32,000 bases of DNA from Ruminococcus albus 7 = DSM 20455 (GCF_000179635.2 NC_014833.1:1530001-1562000), one strand, 5' to 3'. Numbered from the stretch's first letter, positions 7,649 through 16,911 are shown. Program-made: numbers and translations. The notes: generated by a model not told the origin, from the sequence alone.

Positions 7649-9688
7649 ATGACACTGCTTATACTTGATTCGGGCAGGGGTTCCCGAATGGGTGGAATGA
7701 CTGATACTCACCCTAAATGCATGACAGAGATATCGGATAAAGAGACTATCCTCAGCCGACAGCTGTCCCTTGCGGCTTCTGAAGGGCTGAAAAAAGTGGT
7801 CATCACTACGGGCTATCTTGCCGATGTGCTGGAGGACTATGTAAGAAGCCTTGATATGCCCCTTGATATTACGTTTGTACACAATGATGAGTTTGATAGA
7901 ACAAACTATATGTGGTCAATATACTTAGCACGTCATATTCTCGATGACGATATCATACTCATGCACGGCGACCTTGTTTTTGACAGCCTTGTTCTCCATG
8001 AAGTCATAGCCCATGAGGGCAGCTGCATGGCTGTATCCTCATCTGTACCTCTGCCTGAAAAGGACTTCAAGGCAGTTATTGAAGACGGTAAGATAGTCAG
8101 GGTGGGTGTGGAGTTTTTTGATAACGCAGAAGCTGCACAGCCCCTTTATAAGCTGACGAAGCAAGACTTCCGCACATGGCTTGATAATATCACAGCCTAC
8201 TGCGAAAGCGGTATTGACGAAAAGCGCACCTGCTATGCGGAGAAAGCACTGAACGAAGTTTCGGGTGAATGTGATATACGTCCCCTTGATGTGGATGAAC
8301 TGCTTTGCAGTGAGATAGACAATGCTGATGATCTTGAAAAAGTGTCCCGAAAACTGGATAGCATAAAGCACAGAAACGTGTATATGTGCTTTTCGACCGA
8401 TATAATACATAACGGTCATATATCTATAATAAAGAAAGCTGCAGAGCTTGGCAGGCTCACGGTAGGTGTGCTTTCAGATGAAGCAGTAGCAGGCTACAAG
8501 CGGTTTCCGCTGCTGCCCTTTGAGGAGCGCAGGACCATGTTTGAGAATATAAGCGGAGTAGACTGTGTGGTGGGTCAGCAGGAACTTTCGTACCGTGAGA
8601 ATATAATGCGGCTGCGCCCCGATATAGTTGTACACGGTGATGACTGGCGCACAGGTGTTCAGAAGCCCATACGTGAGGAAACGATCTCCCTTCTTGCGGA
8701 GTACGGCGGCAGGCTGGTGGAGTATCCCTATTCTTATGATGAAAAATACATCGGGCTGGAGCGCCGTTCTCTGGCAGAACTTTCCACTCCCGGTATAAGG
8801 CGCAGCAGGCTGAAAAAGATGCTGGGCATAAAAGGTCTTATAACCGCTATGGAAGCCCACAGCGGTCTTACGGGGCTTATAGTTGAAAACACTTCCGTAT
8901 GCGAGAACGGCGGAATAAAGCAGTTCGATGCCATGTGGATAAGCTCCCTGTGTGATTCCACCGCGAGGGGCAAGCCCGATATCGAGCTGGTGGACATGAC
9001 CAGCCGTTACAGGACAGTTGATGAGATAATGGAGGTCACTGCCAAGCCTATAATATTCGACGGTGATACAGGCGGTATCGCGGAGCATTTTGTATATACC
9101 GTCCGCACCCTTGAACGCATGGGCGTATCAATGGTGATAATAGAGGACAAGACCGGGCTTAAAAAGAACAGTCTTTTCGGAAATGAAGTCGTGCAGACGC
9201 AGGCTGATATAAAGGACTTCTGTGCCAAGATAAGCGCCGGCAAGCGTGCGCAGAAGACCTCCGATTTTATGATATGTGCAAGGATAGAAAGTCTTATACT
9301 GGAAAAAGGTGTTGAGGACGCGCTTGAAAGGGCTTTTGCCTATACCGAAGCAGGTGCTGATGCAATAATGATACACAGCAGAAAGAAAGACCCTGCTGAA
9401 GTTTTTGAGTTTGTTGAAAGATTCAGGGCGCAGGACGCTGACACACCTATCGTTGTAGTGCCTACGGCTTTTGATTCTGTTACGGAGGAAGAATTCAAGG
9501 CGCGTGGCGTGAACATTGTGATATATGCAAATCAGCTTACGCGAAGCGGTTTTCCTGCCATGAAAAAGGCGGCGGAGATGATACTGAAAAATCACCGCGC
9601 ACAGGAATGTGATGAAATATGTATGCCCTTCGGTGAGATAATAAGACTGATACCGGATGATATAAAGGAAGATAATTATGGACGTTAA
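7649..9688 (+). CDS. pepM: three-domain fusion: LicC/PntC-like nucleotidyltransferase + HxGH cytidylyltransferase + phosphoenolpyruvate mutase
   Basis: About aa 1-235 is an NTP-transferase fold (LILDSGRGSRMG loop). About aa 243-375 is a cytidylyltransferase (DIIHNGHISIIKKA, an HxGH motif). About aa 385-679 belongs to the PEP mutase/isocitrate lyase superfamily and carries the PepM signature EDKx5NS (IIEDKTGLKKNSLFG). Confidence 0.88.
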   Translation: MTLLILDSGRGSRMGGMTDTHPKCMTEISDKETILSRQLSLAASEGLKKVVITTGYLADVLEDYVRSLDMPLDITFVHNDEFDRTNYMWSIYLARHILDDDIILMHGDLVFDSLVLHEVIAHEGSCMAVSSSVPLPEKDFKAVIEDGKIVRVGVEFFDNAEAAQPLYKLTKQDFRTWLDNITAYCESGIDEKRTCYAEKALNEVSGECDIRPLDVDELLCSEIDNADDLEKVSRKLDSIKHRNVYMCFSTDIIHNGHISIIKKAAELGRLTVGVLSDEAVAGYKRFPLLPFEERRTMFENISGVDCVVGQQELSYRENIMRLRPDIVVHGDDWRTGVQKPIREETISLLAEYGGRLVEYPYSYDEKYIGLERRSLAELSTPGIRRSRLKKMLGIKGLITAMEAHSGLTGLIVENTSVCENGGIKQFDAMWISSLCDSTARGKPDIELVDMTSRYRTVDEIMEVTAKPIIFDGDTGGIAEHFVYTVRTLERMGVSMVIIEDKTGLKKNSLFGNEVVQTQADIKDFCAKISAGKRAQKTSDFMICARIESLILEKGVEDALERAFAYTEAGADAIMIHSRKKDPAEVFEFVERFRAQDADTPIVVVPTAFDSVTEEEFKARGVNIVIYANQLTRSGFPAMKKAAEMILKNHRAQECDEICMPFGEIIRLIPDDIKEDNYGR

Positions 9689-10799
9689 ATTACTTGAACA
9701 TATGATAGGGGCTGACTTCTATACAGGAGTACCCGACAGCCTTTTAAGACCGCTTTGCGACTATATTATGGATACTTATTCCACTGACCCCTCACATCAT
9801 ATAATAGCGGCAAACGAGGGCAACTGCACAGCCATAGCCGCAGGGTATCATCTGGCAACTGGGAAAGTGCCTGTGGTTTATATGCAGAATTCGGGGGAGG
9901 GGAATATCATCAACCCTGCCGCAAGTTTGCTGAACAGAAAGGTATATGCCATACCCATGCTTTTCATAATAGGCTGGCGCGGTGAACCCGGAGTACATGA
10001 TGAACCCCAGCACATCTATCAGGGAGAGGTGACTTTGAAACTCCTTGATGATATGGATATTGAAAGCTTCGTTATAAGCAGTGATACCGCCGAAAGTGAT
10101 ATACGCACTGCACTGGAAAGATTTAGGAAAGCCTTTGCTGAGGGCAGACAGGCGGCTTTCGTTGTGCGCAAGGGCGCACTGACTTATGATAAGAAGATAT
10201 CCTATAAAAACGACTATACAATGTCACGCGAGGAGGTCATCAGACATATAGTATCATTTACAGGGGATGACCCTGTGGTATCTACCACGGGAAAAGCAAG
10301 CCGCGAACTTTTCGAGATAAGAGAACAGAATGGTCAGGGTCACGGCAGAGATCTTCTCACTGTGGGTTCAATGGGACATACTTCATCTATCGCACTGGGG
10401 ATAGCACTTCAGAAGAAAGATAAAACGGTATGGTGTATAGACGGTGACGGTTCAATGCTTATGCACATGGGAAGCCTTGCTGTAACAGGGCAGATATGTC
10501 CCGAGAACCTTGTACATATCGTGATAAATAATTCTGCCCACGAAACTGTGGGCGGTATGCCGACAGCTGCGGGGCAGACGGATATAACAGGTATAGCCCG
10601 TGCCTGCGGATACCTCAGGGTATACACAGCGGACAGTTTTGAAGCCCTTGACAAAGTTCTTGCCGAAGTGCGTAACGGCAGGGGGCTTGCTTTTGTTGAA
10701 GTGAAATGCGCACTGGGTTCACGCGCAGACCTTGGCAGACCCACCACCACTGCCATAGAAAACAAGGAGCATTTTATGGCACATCTTGCAAAGGACTGA
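9678..10799 (+). CDS. ppd: phosphonopyruvate decarboxylase (TPP-dependent)
   Basis: 373 aa. The N-terminal FYTGVPDSLLRPLCDYI motif and the TPP-binding block DGDGSMLMHMGS...INNSAHE are typical of Ppd/AepY. The start overlaps the pepM stop by 11 nt. Confidence 0.88.
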   Translation: MDVKLLEHMIGADFYTGVPDSLLRPLCDYIMDTYSTDPSHHIIAANEGNCTAIAAGYHLATGKVPVVYMQNSGEGNIINPAASLLNRKVYAIPMLFIIGWRGEPGVHDEPQHIYQGEVTLKLLDDMDIESFVISSDTAESDIRTALERFRKAFAEGRQAAFVVRKGALTYDKKISYKNDYTMSREEVIRHIVSFTGDDPVVSTTGKASRELFEIREQNGQGHGRDLLTVGSMGHTSSIALGIALQKKDKTVWCIDGDGSMLMHMGSLAVTGQICPENLVHIVINNSAHETVGGMPTAAGQTDITGIARACGYLRVYTADSFEALDKVLAEVRNGRGLAFVEVKCALGSRADLGRPTTTAIENKEHFMAHLAKD

Positions 10800-10801
10800 T
10801 A

Positions 10802-11344
10802 TCAGAGTAAATCAGCTATTTTTTCGGTAACATCGAGGAGTGTACGGATATCGGTGAAAGTATCGCCTGTTTCAAGGGAATGGTTTGCGTTTTCATACTC
10901 ATGGAGCGGCACAAGATGCTTTATGCAAAGCTTGCGGATAGCTTCGGTGTCAGCCCATTGGTCGGCTGTGCCGTGGAAAGCTGTACAGCGGTGAGATAGG
11001 CTTTCAAAAGTCATGGCAAGGGGTGTCAGAAGTATGCAGGAGGCATTTGTACCGTATCGCTCCCTGTAAGCAAGGCAGGCTATCGTGCCTATGCTTTTGC
11101 CGATGAATACTATTTTTTCGTATTTTGAGAAATCGGTGTCAGTCAGCTGTGCTTCTGCCTGTTCAAGGGCGTGTGCGGCAGCGGCTGACATTTTTTCTTC
11201 GTTGCCCTTTGTTGAATTATCGAATCCCGAAAATTTCAGAGGTATCACATCATAGCCCTTGCTTTTGGCGAGTTTTGCCGAATAGTACAGCAGGGGCTTT
11301 TCGCAGTGGTAGCCTATGCCGGGAAAAATCACACATAGCTTCAT
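10802..11344 (-). CDS. alpha/beta hydrolase fold protein
   Basis: 180 aa. GKSIG nucleophile elbow (GxSxG). AAGGAG SD. Convergent with ppd, with the stop codons 2 nt apart. Confidence 0.7.
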   Translation of the reverse strand: MKLCVIFPGIGYHCEKPLLYYSAKLAKSKGYDVIPLKFSGFDNSTKGNEEKMSAAAAHALEQAEAQLTDTDFSKYEKIVFIGKSIGTIACLAYRERYGTNASCILLTPLAMTFESLSHRCTAFHGTADQWADTEAIRKLCIKHLVPLHEYENANHSLETGDTFTDIRTLLDVTEKIADLL

Positions 11345-11436
11345 ATAAGTTATCTCCTTTCGCTGATATATTGATTATAGCACAAGCATTATGGCAAGTC
11401 AATCTTAATATTTGGTGACAATAAGCAAAAACTGAG

Positions 11437-11465
11437 TTGACAAACCCTGTCAGTGGTAGTACAAT
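11437..11465 (+). promoter_or_regulatory. promoter of the add-ABC operon
   Basis: TTGACA (11437..11442), 17 nt, TACAAT (11460..11465). Confidence 0.6.
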
Positions 11466-11511
11466 ATAATAAATGACATTTGTTTTAACCAATGAAAGGG
11501 AGTCATTTATT

Positions 11512-12522
11512 ATGGATAGAACAGGAAGATATTTTCCGGACAGATATATAGATCTGCATCTGCATCTTGACGGGGCTGTGACAGCGGATATAGCAAAACG
11601 TCTTGCGGATATGCAGGGCATGATACTGCCTGCTGAGGGCGAAGCGCTTGAAAAGCTGCTTTCGGTGGGGGAGGACTGCAGGGATCTCAATGAGTTCCTT
11701 GAATGTTTTGAACTGCCCCTGAAGCTTTTGCAGACGGCTGAAGCCCTAAGCGAGTGCGCATACCTTGTGGCTGAAAATATGCGTGAACAGGGAGTTATCT
11801 ATGCTGAGATAAGGTTTGCGCCGCAGCTGCACTGTGAGAATGGGCTTAGTCAGCGTGATGCTGTTGAGGCTGTAATGGAAGGACTTTCGCGCAGTGAACT
11901 TAAAACAGGGCTGATACTATGCTGTATGAGGGGAAAGGATATTGAGGACAAGAATCTTGAAACGGCTGAACTGGCGGAGGAATATCTCGGCAAAGGGGTA
12001 TGCGCTCTTGACCTTGCAGGTGCGGAGGGGCTTTTTCCCACGGCGGATTTTGCGGAGCTTTTTGAAAAAGTCCGTGAGAGCGGTGTACCTTTCACCATAC
12101 ACGCAGGAGAAGCAGACGGCGCAGAGAGTGTCAGAAAAGCGATAGAATTCGGGGCGGCACGTATCGGTCACGGGGTACGGATATACGAAGACCCTGAACT
12201 GGTATCTGTGATAGCCGAACGCGGCATACCTCTTGAGATGTGCCCTACGAGCAACAGGCTTACTCATGCGGTGGAGGATATGGAAAATTATCCCTTTACG
12301 GAATATCTCAGACGAGGGATAAAAGTGATGATAAACACTGATGATCCTGCTATCGAGCGTACCGATATCGCGGCGGAGTTCAGGTATATGGAGCGACGTT
12401 TCGGGCTTACTGCGGAACAGGAGAGAGAAGTTCTGCTTAACGCGGCAGATGCGGCTTTTGCGTCCGATGAGGTCAAGGAATGGATGAGGGCTCAGCTTAT
12501 CCGGGGGGTGAATGAACCATGA
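11512..12522 (+). CDS. add: adenosine deaminase
   Basis: Motifs DLHLHLDGA, TIHAGEADG and MINTDDP. The start was moved to the ATG at 11512, which follows AGGGAG. The track ORF start at 11473 has no SD. Confidence 0.9.
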   Translation: MDRTGRYFPDRYIDLHLHLDGAVTADIAKRLADMQGMILPAEGEALEKLLSVGEDCRDLNEFLECFELPLKLLQTAEALSECAYLVAENMREQGVIYAEIRFAPQLHCENGLSQRDAVEAVMEGLSRSELKTGLILCCMRGKDIEDKNLETAELAEEYLGKGVCALDLAGAEGLFPTADFAELFEKVRESGVPFTIHAGEADGAESVRKAIEFGAARIGHGVRIYEDPELVSVIAERGIPLEMCPTSNRLTHAVEDMENYPFTEYLRRGIKVMINTDDPAIERTDIAAEFRYMERRFGLTAEQEREVLLNAADAAFASDEVKEWMRAQLIRGVNEP

Positions 12523-13841
12523 TGGAGTACAGGGATACGATACTTGCCGTATTGGCGGTATCAGAAATACTGGAGATAATCGGTGCTTACGGCATATTCA
12601 AAAAATGCGGCATAAGACCGTGGCTGGCATTCATACCCTTTTTAAGGCATGGCAGGATGGGTAAATGCGCCTGCAGAGAGCAGGAAGGCAGTTCGATGAT
12701 GCTGCTGAGCTTCGGCATAGTGCTGACCACGGTGACATGGTGTGTATACAAGACCAATTCACTGCAAAGCATGATATCAGTATTCTTGCTGATGCTGCTG
12801 ATGATACCATTTACCATATACAGCATACGTGTATATTTCGGACTTGCTGCAGCCTTCGGGCGCAACAGGCTGTGGGTAATACCGTGGGTACTGCTGAGGG
12901 GTCCCATAGCTATTTTGTGGGGATATGGCAGACATTTTGATACTGTAGATGAATACCCCTTCGATGCAGAGGAAGCGGCACCTGAGGTCAGCGGTATAGA
13001 AGCTGAATCCTCGGGCGGCGGACTTTCGATAAACATAAACAAGCGTACAGCTATGAACTTTCTGCAGAGAAAGGTACTGCTCAGGGATATACACCTGAGT
13101 GTACCGAAAGGTCATATGGTTCTGCTGCTTGGGGGCTCGGGTTCGGGCAAGACTACTTTTCTGAATGCTGTTACGGGCTATGAAAAGGCAAAGGCTGTTA
13201 TCAAGCTGGGCGGAAACAATATCTACAAGGACTACAAGAGCATGAAGTACGATATAGGTTTCGTGCCCCAGCAGGACCTTGTACGCGGAAGTGATACGGT
13301 ATACAGGACACTTTCGGATGCGGCGCTGCTGAGGCTGCCTTCGGATATGAAATACGACGAAAGAAGAAAACGCATAAACAGCGTACTTGACACATTCGGT
13401 CTTACACCTGTAAAGGGAAGCCTTGTGGACAAGCTTTCGGGAGGACAGCGCAAAAGGCTTTCGATAGCGATAGAGTATATCTCAGACCCCACACTTTTCA
13501 TACTGGATGAGCCCGATTCGGGACTCGACGGAGTAATGGCGAGAGCGCTTTTCGAGAAGCTTCGCGCTATTGCGGACAGCGGCAAGATAGTTATTGTGAT
13601 AACACACACACCTGACCGTGTGGCTGATCTGTTCGATGATGTTATAGTAGTGGCAAAGGACGCAAACCGTACAGGCAGACTTGCTTACTATGGTGCGAGA
13701 GAGAAGTCTTACGGATTTTTCGGGAAGAAGTCAATGGAAGAGATACTTATGTCAGTAAACCGCCGCGAAGAAGGCGGCGAGGGCAAGGCTGACGAATTTG
13801 TAAGGAAGTACGCAGCTGCTGCGGCAGGAGGTGAGCTTTGA
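12519..13841 (+). CDS. ABC transporter ATP-binding protein with an N-terminal membrane domain
   Basis: Walker A GGSGSGKTT, signature LSGGQRKR, Walker B LFILDEPDSGLD. The first ~150 aa are hydrophobic and contain GIFKKCGIRPWLAFIPF, which resembles the DUF5684 small-membrane-protein family as I recall it. ATGA overlap with the add stop. Confidence 0.85.
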   Translation: MMEYRDTILAVLAVSEILEIIGAYGIFKKCGIRPWLAFIPFLRHGRMGKCACREQEGSSMMLLSFGIVLTTVTWCVYKTNSLQSMISVFLLMLLMIPFTIYSIRVYFGLAAAFGRNRLWVIPWVLLRGPIAILWGYGRHFDTVDEYPFDAEEAAPEVSGIEAESSGGGLSININKRTAMNFLQRKVLLRDIHLSVPKGHMVLLLGGSGSGKTTFLNAVTGYEKAKAVIKLGGNNIYKDYKSMKYDIGFVPQQDLVRGSDTVYRTLSDAALLRLPSDMKYDERRKRINSVLDTFGLTPVKGSLVDKLSGGQRKRLSIAIEYISDPTLFILDEPDSGLDGVMARALFEKLRAIADSGKIVIVITHTPDRVADLFDDVIVVAKDANRTGRLAYYGAREKSYGFFGKKSMEEILMSVNRREEGGEGKADEFVRKYAAAAAGGEL

Positions 13842-14779
13842 TGGATACTGCTGTAAAGCACACAGGCAGGATGGGACAGACCTTTGTATATCTGGGAAAG
13901 CTGTTCCGTATGTTCATATTCAGGAACGACTGGAAGGTACTGCCAATGGCTGCTGTTATATCGGGGCTTGTATCCTTTGTTGTGGGCAAGAAGATGAACG
14001 TATCCATGGAGGGTACTCTCAGGGGTGCGTTCGCATTCTCCTGTATATGTATCTGGAACGGATTTTTCAATTCGATACAGGTGGTATGCCGTGAAAGAGC
14101 CATAATAAAGCGTGAGCACCGTTCGGGACTGCACATGACATCATACGTATTCGCACATATGATATATCAGGCTTTCCTATGCGGAAGTCAGGCGCTGATA
14201 ACCATATTCGTCATGATGGTGGCAAAGGTTCGTATGCCGTCGGAGGGATTCGTATTCGGGGCAGGATCTGATCTTTTTGTGACCATGTTCCTTATAACCT
14301 ACGCGGCGGATATGATATCGCTTTTCATATCCTCGGTGGTGAAGAACACCACTACTGCCATGACCTTTGTACCGTTCCTGCTGATATTCCAGCTGATATT
14401 CTCGGGAGGATTCTTCTCGCTGACGGGAAAGGCTTACAAGATGTCATACTTTACGGTATCAAAATGGGGGCTGACCTCACTTTGTGCGCAGGGCAATTAC
14501 AACAATCTGCCCATGACCTCACTGTGGACTTCAATGAGTAAGATGAGAAGTCTGGAGGTGGAGGGTGAAAAGCCTGTAGATGAAATGCTGGACTATATAA
14601 CAGCTTCAAACCGCAAAGACGAACTGATGCTGAAATGCGGAAGCAACAATCAGGAAAAGAAGTACGAATCATCGACTAAGAACGTGTTGAAGTGCTGGGG
14701 AAATCTCGGTATATTCATAATCGGGTTTGCATTTCTTTCCATTGTGTCACTGGAGTTTATAGATCAGGACAGGCGATAG
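13838..14779 (+). CDS. ABC-2 type transporter permease
   Basis: 313 aa, multi-pass membrane protein. ATGA overlap with the preceding ATPase gene. Confidence 0.75.
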   Translation: MMDTAVKHTGRMGQTFVYLGKLFRMFIFRNDWKVLPMAAVISGLVSFVVGKKMNVSMEGTLRGAFAFSCICIWNGFFNSIQVVCRERAIIKREHRSGLHMTSYVFAHMIYQAFLCGSQALITIFVMMVAKVRMPSEGFVFGAGSDLFVTMFLITYAADMISLFISSVVKNTTTAMTFVPFLLIFQLIFSGGFFSLTGKAYKMSYFTVSKWGLTSLCAQGNYNNLPMTSLWTSMSKMRSLEVEGEKPVDEMLDYITASNRKDELMLKCGSNNQEKKYESSTKNVLKCWGNLGIFIIGFAFLSIVSLEFIDQDRR

Positions 14780-14793
14780 CTACATAGTGTATG

Positions 14794-14827
14794 AGCGGAG
14801 AACGGCAGCTGTCGTTCTCCGCTTTTT
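14794..14827 (+). terminator. Rho-independent terminator of the add-ABC operon
   Basis: GCGGAGAACG gcagctgt CGTTCTCCGC followed by TTTTT. Confidence 0.85.
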
Positions 14828-15048
14828 AGTATGCGGATATTTTTCGCGTATGCCTTTGGAAAAAATATGAACTCGCATAAAATGGCGAGGATTGTCAAGA
14901 TGCTGTCCTCTGTACAGTATAGCACGTCGCTTCGTATCCCGTAGTCATAGTCAGCGTCAGCCTGCCATCGTGCGTACAGAGTCGGATATATATAAACGAC
15001 ACTTTTGGTGCCGGGATCTTTGGTTCAATAAAAGGAGGTCGATTTAAG

Positions 15049-15213
15049 ATGTTTCTACATTTGTCAAAAGATGATGGATCGGTCTGCATGAATGACCCCT
15101 TCTATATACAGCGAAAAACTGCCAAAAGTTGTACGTTTTTGTACAACTTTTGCAGAAATATGTCCGAGTTAAAAGAAAAAACGTATATTTGTACAGAGCG
15201 TGTAGATCGGTAA
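15049..15213 (+). CDS. possible small Cys-containing protein (54 aa, below the track cutoff)
   Basis: A perfect SD, AAAGGAGGT, lies 10 nt upstream of the ATG. Translation is MFLHLSKDDGSVCMNDPFYIQRKTAKSCTFLYNFCRNMSELKEKTYICTERVDR. No homology recognised, and a perfect 12-bp palindrome lies inside it. Confidence 0.25.
   Translation: MFLHLSKDDGSVCMNDPFYIQRKTAKSCTFLYNFCRNMSELKEKTYICTERVDR
15123..15152. repeat. perfect 12-bp inverted repeat (candidate operator or hairpin)
   Basis: CAAAAGTTGTAC gttttt GTACAACTTTTG. Related GTACAGAG words occur at about 14975 and 15191. Confidence 0.6.
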
Positions 15214-15317
15214 TGTGGGATATGCACAAAGGATCGACATGACTTTTCAGCGGCGGTGGGTGACGGCGGAAGACAGAAAAATCTGTGGGGATCAATGTAT
15301 TTTTTCGTATTTTTTTA

Positions 15318-15346
15318 TTGACAATATCTGAGCAAAGTGGTATAAT
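15318..15346 (+). promoter_or_regulatory. promoter of the DUF1846 gene
   Basis: TTGACA (15318..15323), 17 nt, TGgTATAAT (TATAAT 15341..15346). Confidence 0.7.
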
Positions 15347-15436
15347 TACAGGGTATGAAAGAACGATAAGGAATGAATAATACAGTTCCTGCGGCTGCAG
15401 CTGCAGCCAAAGCTGTATAAGGAAAAGGGTTGTTTT

Positions 15437-16903
15437 ATGAGTAATAAGATAGGGTTCGATAATGACAAATATTTGAAGATGCAGTCTGAACGCATACGCG
15501 AGAGGATAGCGGATTTCGGCAGCAAGCTGTACCTGGAGTTCGGCGGTAAGCTTTATGACGATTTCCACGCTTCGAGAGTTCTCCCGGGATTCAAGCCCGA
15601 CAGCAAGCTGCAGATGCTTTTGCAGCTGAAGGATGAGGCTGAGATAGTCATCGTTATAAACGCTGGTGACATCGAGAAGAACAAGATAAGAGGCGATCTG
15701 GGCATCACCTATGATGTGGACGTATTAAGACTTTACAATGTATTTACGAAGATCGGGCTTTATGTAAGCTCGGTAGTGCTGACGAGGTATGAGGGTCAGC
15801 GTTCGGCGGTGGCATTCCAGAAAAGGCTGGAGGCACTGGGTGTAAAGGTATATCATCATTACGCTATCGAGGGCTATCCTGCTAATCTTCAGCTTATAAT
15901 GAGTGATGAAGGCTACGGCAAGAACGACTATATAGAAACTACACGCAAGCTGGTAGTAATTACTGCTCCAGGTCCCGGAAGCGGAAAGATGGCTACCTGC
16001 CTTTCACAGCTCTACCATGAGCACAAGAGGGGCGTAAATGCGGGCTACGCGAAGTTCGAGACTTTCCCGATATGGAACATACCACTGAAACACCCTGTCA
16101 ATCTGGCATATGAGGCTGCGACCTCAGACCTGAATGACGTTAATATGATAGACCCGTTCCATCTTGAAGCATACGGGCAGACCACAGTCAACTACAACCG
16201 TGATGTGGAGATATTCCCTGTGCTGAATGCGATGTTCGAGAATATCCTGGGTTCATCGCCCTATAAATCACCTACAGATATGGGCGTAAATATGGCAGGC
16301 AACTGCATAGTAGATGATGAAGCAGTACGTGAGGCTGCAAAGCAGGAGATAATCCGCCGTTATTATACAGCCCTTTGCGACAGAAAGAAGGGCATGGCTT
16401 CGGAGGAGGATACCTACAAGCTGGAAATGCTGATGAATCAGGCGAAGGTGAGCACTGCTGACAGAAAGGTTGTGGCTGCTGCACTGGCTAAGGAGGAAGA
16501 AACAGGTTCTCCTGCGGCTGCTATGGAGCTTCCTGACGGTACTATTATCACCGGTAAGACTTCAAATCTGCTGGGTGCTTGTTCGGCACTTATACTCAAC
16601 GCGCTGAAATACTTCGGGGAGATAGACGATGATACTCTGCTGATGTCGCCCCATGTTATCGAGCCTATACAGAATCTGAAGATAAATCATCTCGGCAATA
16701 ACAACCCAAGGATACATACGGATGAGACCCTGATAGCCCTTTCTATCTGTGCTGCTACTGATGAGAATGCAAAGCGTGCCATGGATCAGCTTGAAAAGCT
16801 GCGCGGCTGCGAGGTGCATTCGACGGTAATACTCAGTGCTGTGGATGAAAGGATATTCAAGCGTCTGGGAATAAATCTCACCTGCGAACCCAAATTCAAT
16901 TGA
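15437..16903 (+). CDS. DUF1846 / UPF0371 family protein
   Basis: 488 aa. The N-terminus (FDNDKYLKMQSERIRERI...LYLEFGGKLYDDFHASRVLPGFKPDSKL) matches the conserved UPF0371 N-terminus known from Firmicutes. Confidence 0.85.
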   Translation: MSNKIGFDNDKYLKMQSERIRERIADFGSKLYLEFGGKLYDDFHASRVLPGFKPDSKLQMLLQLKDEAEIVIVINAGDIEKNKIRGDLGITYDVDVLRLYNVFTKIGLYVSSVVLTRYEGQRSAVAFQKRLEALGVKVYHHYAIEGYPANLQLIMSDEGYGKNDYIETTRKLVVITAPGPGSGKMATCLSQLYHEHKRGVNAGYAKFETFPIWNIPLKHPVNLAYEAATSDLNDVNMIDPFHLEAYGQTTVNYNRDVEIFPVLNAMFENILGSSPYKSPTDMGVNMAGNCIVDDEAVREAAKQEIIRRYYTALCDRKKGMASEEDTYKLEMLMNQAKVSTADRKVVAAALAKEEETGSPAAAMELPDGTIITGKTSNLLGACSALILNALKYFGEIDDDTLLMSPHVIEPIQNLKINHLGNNNPRIHTDETLIALSICAATDENAKRAMDQLEKLRGCEVHSTVILSAVDERIFKRLGINLTCEPKFN

Positions 16904-16911
16904 TGAGCTTT

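Noticed and set aside
3437-9595. Numerous antisense or out-of-frame ORFs inside long genes (for example 3437..3817, 4415..5053, 6399..6953, 8474..9088, 9128..9595)
   Set aside because: They are embedded in CDSs with strong family motifs on the other strand or frame. They have no SD and no recognisable motifs.
11471-11508. Hairpin AAATGAC...GTCATTT at the 5' end of the add mRNA, overlapping the SD, considered as a riboswitch
   Set aside because: At 38 nt it is too short for an aptamer. It is more likely a 5' stabilising stem-loop with a modest translational effect.
14915-15000. Purine-riboswitch-like outline (possible P1 GTATCC / GGATAT enclosing two hairpin-sized segments)
   Set aside because: The conserved junction sequences of purine riboswitches are absent, including the UUUCUACC-type J2/3 and the loop-loop nucleotides. 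The inner segments also do not fold into two clean hairpins.
15044-15568. 174-aa minus-strand ORF
   Set aside because: It overlaps the DUF1846 promoter and start region in antisense. It has no SD and a low-complexity translation.
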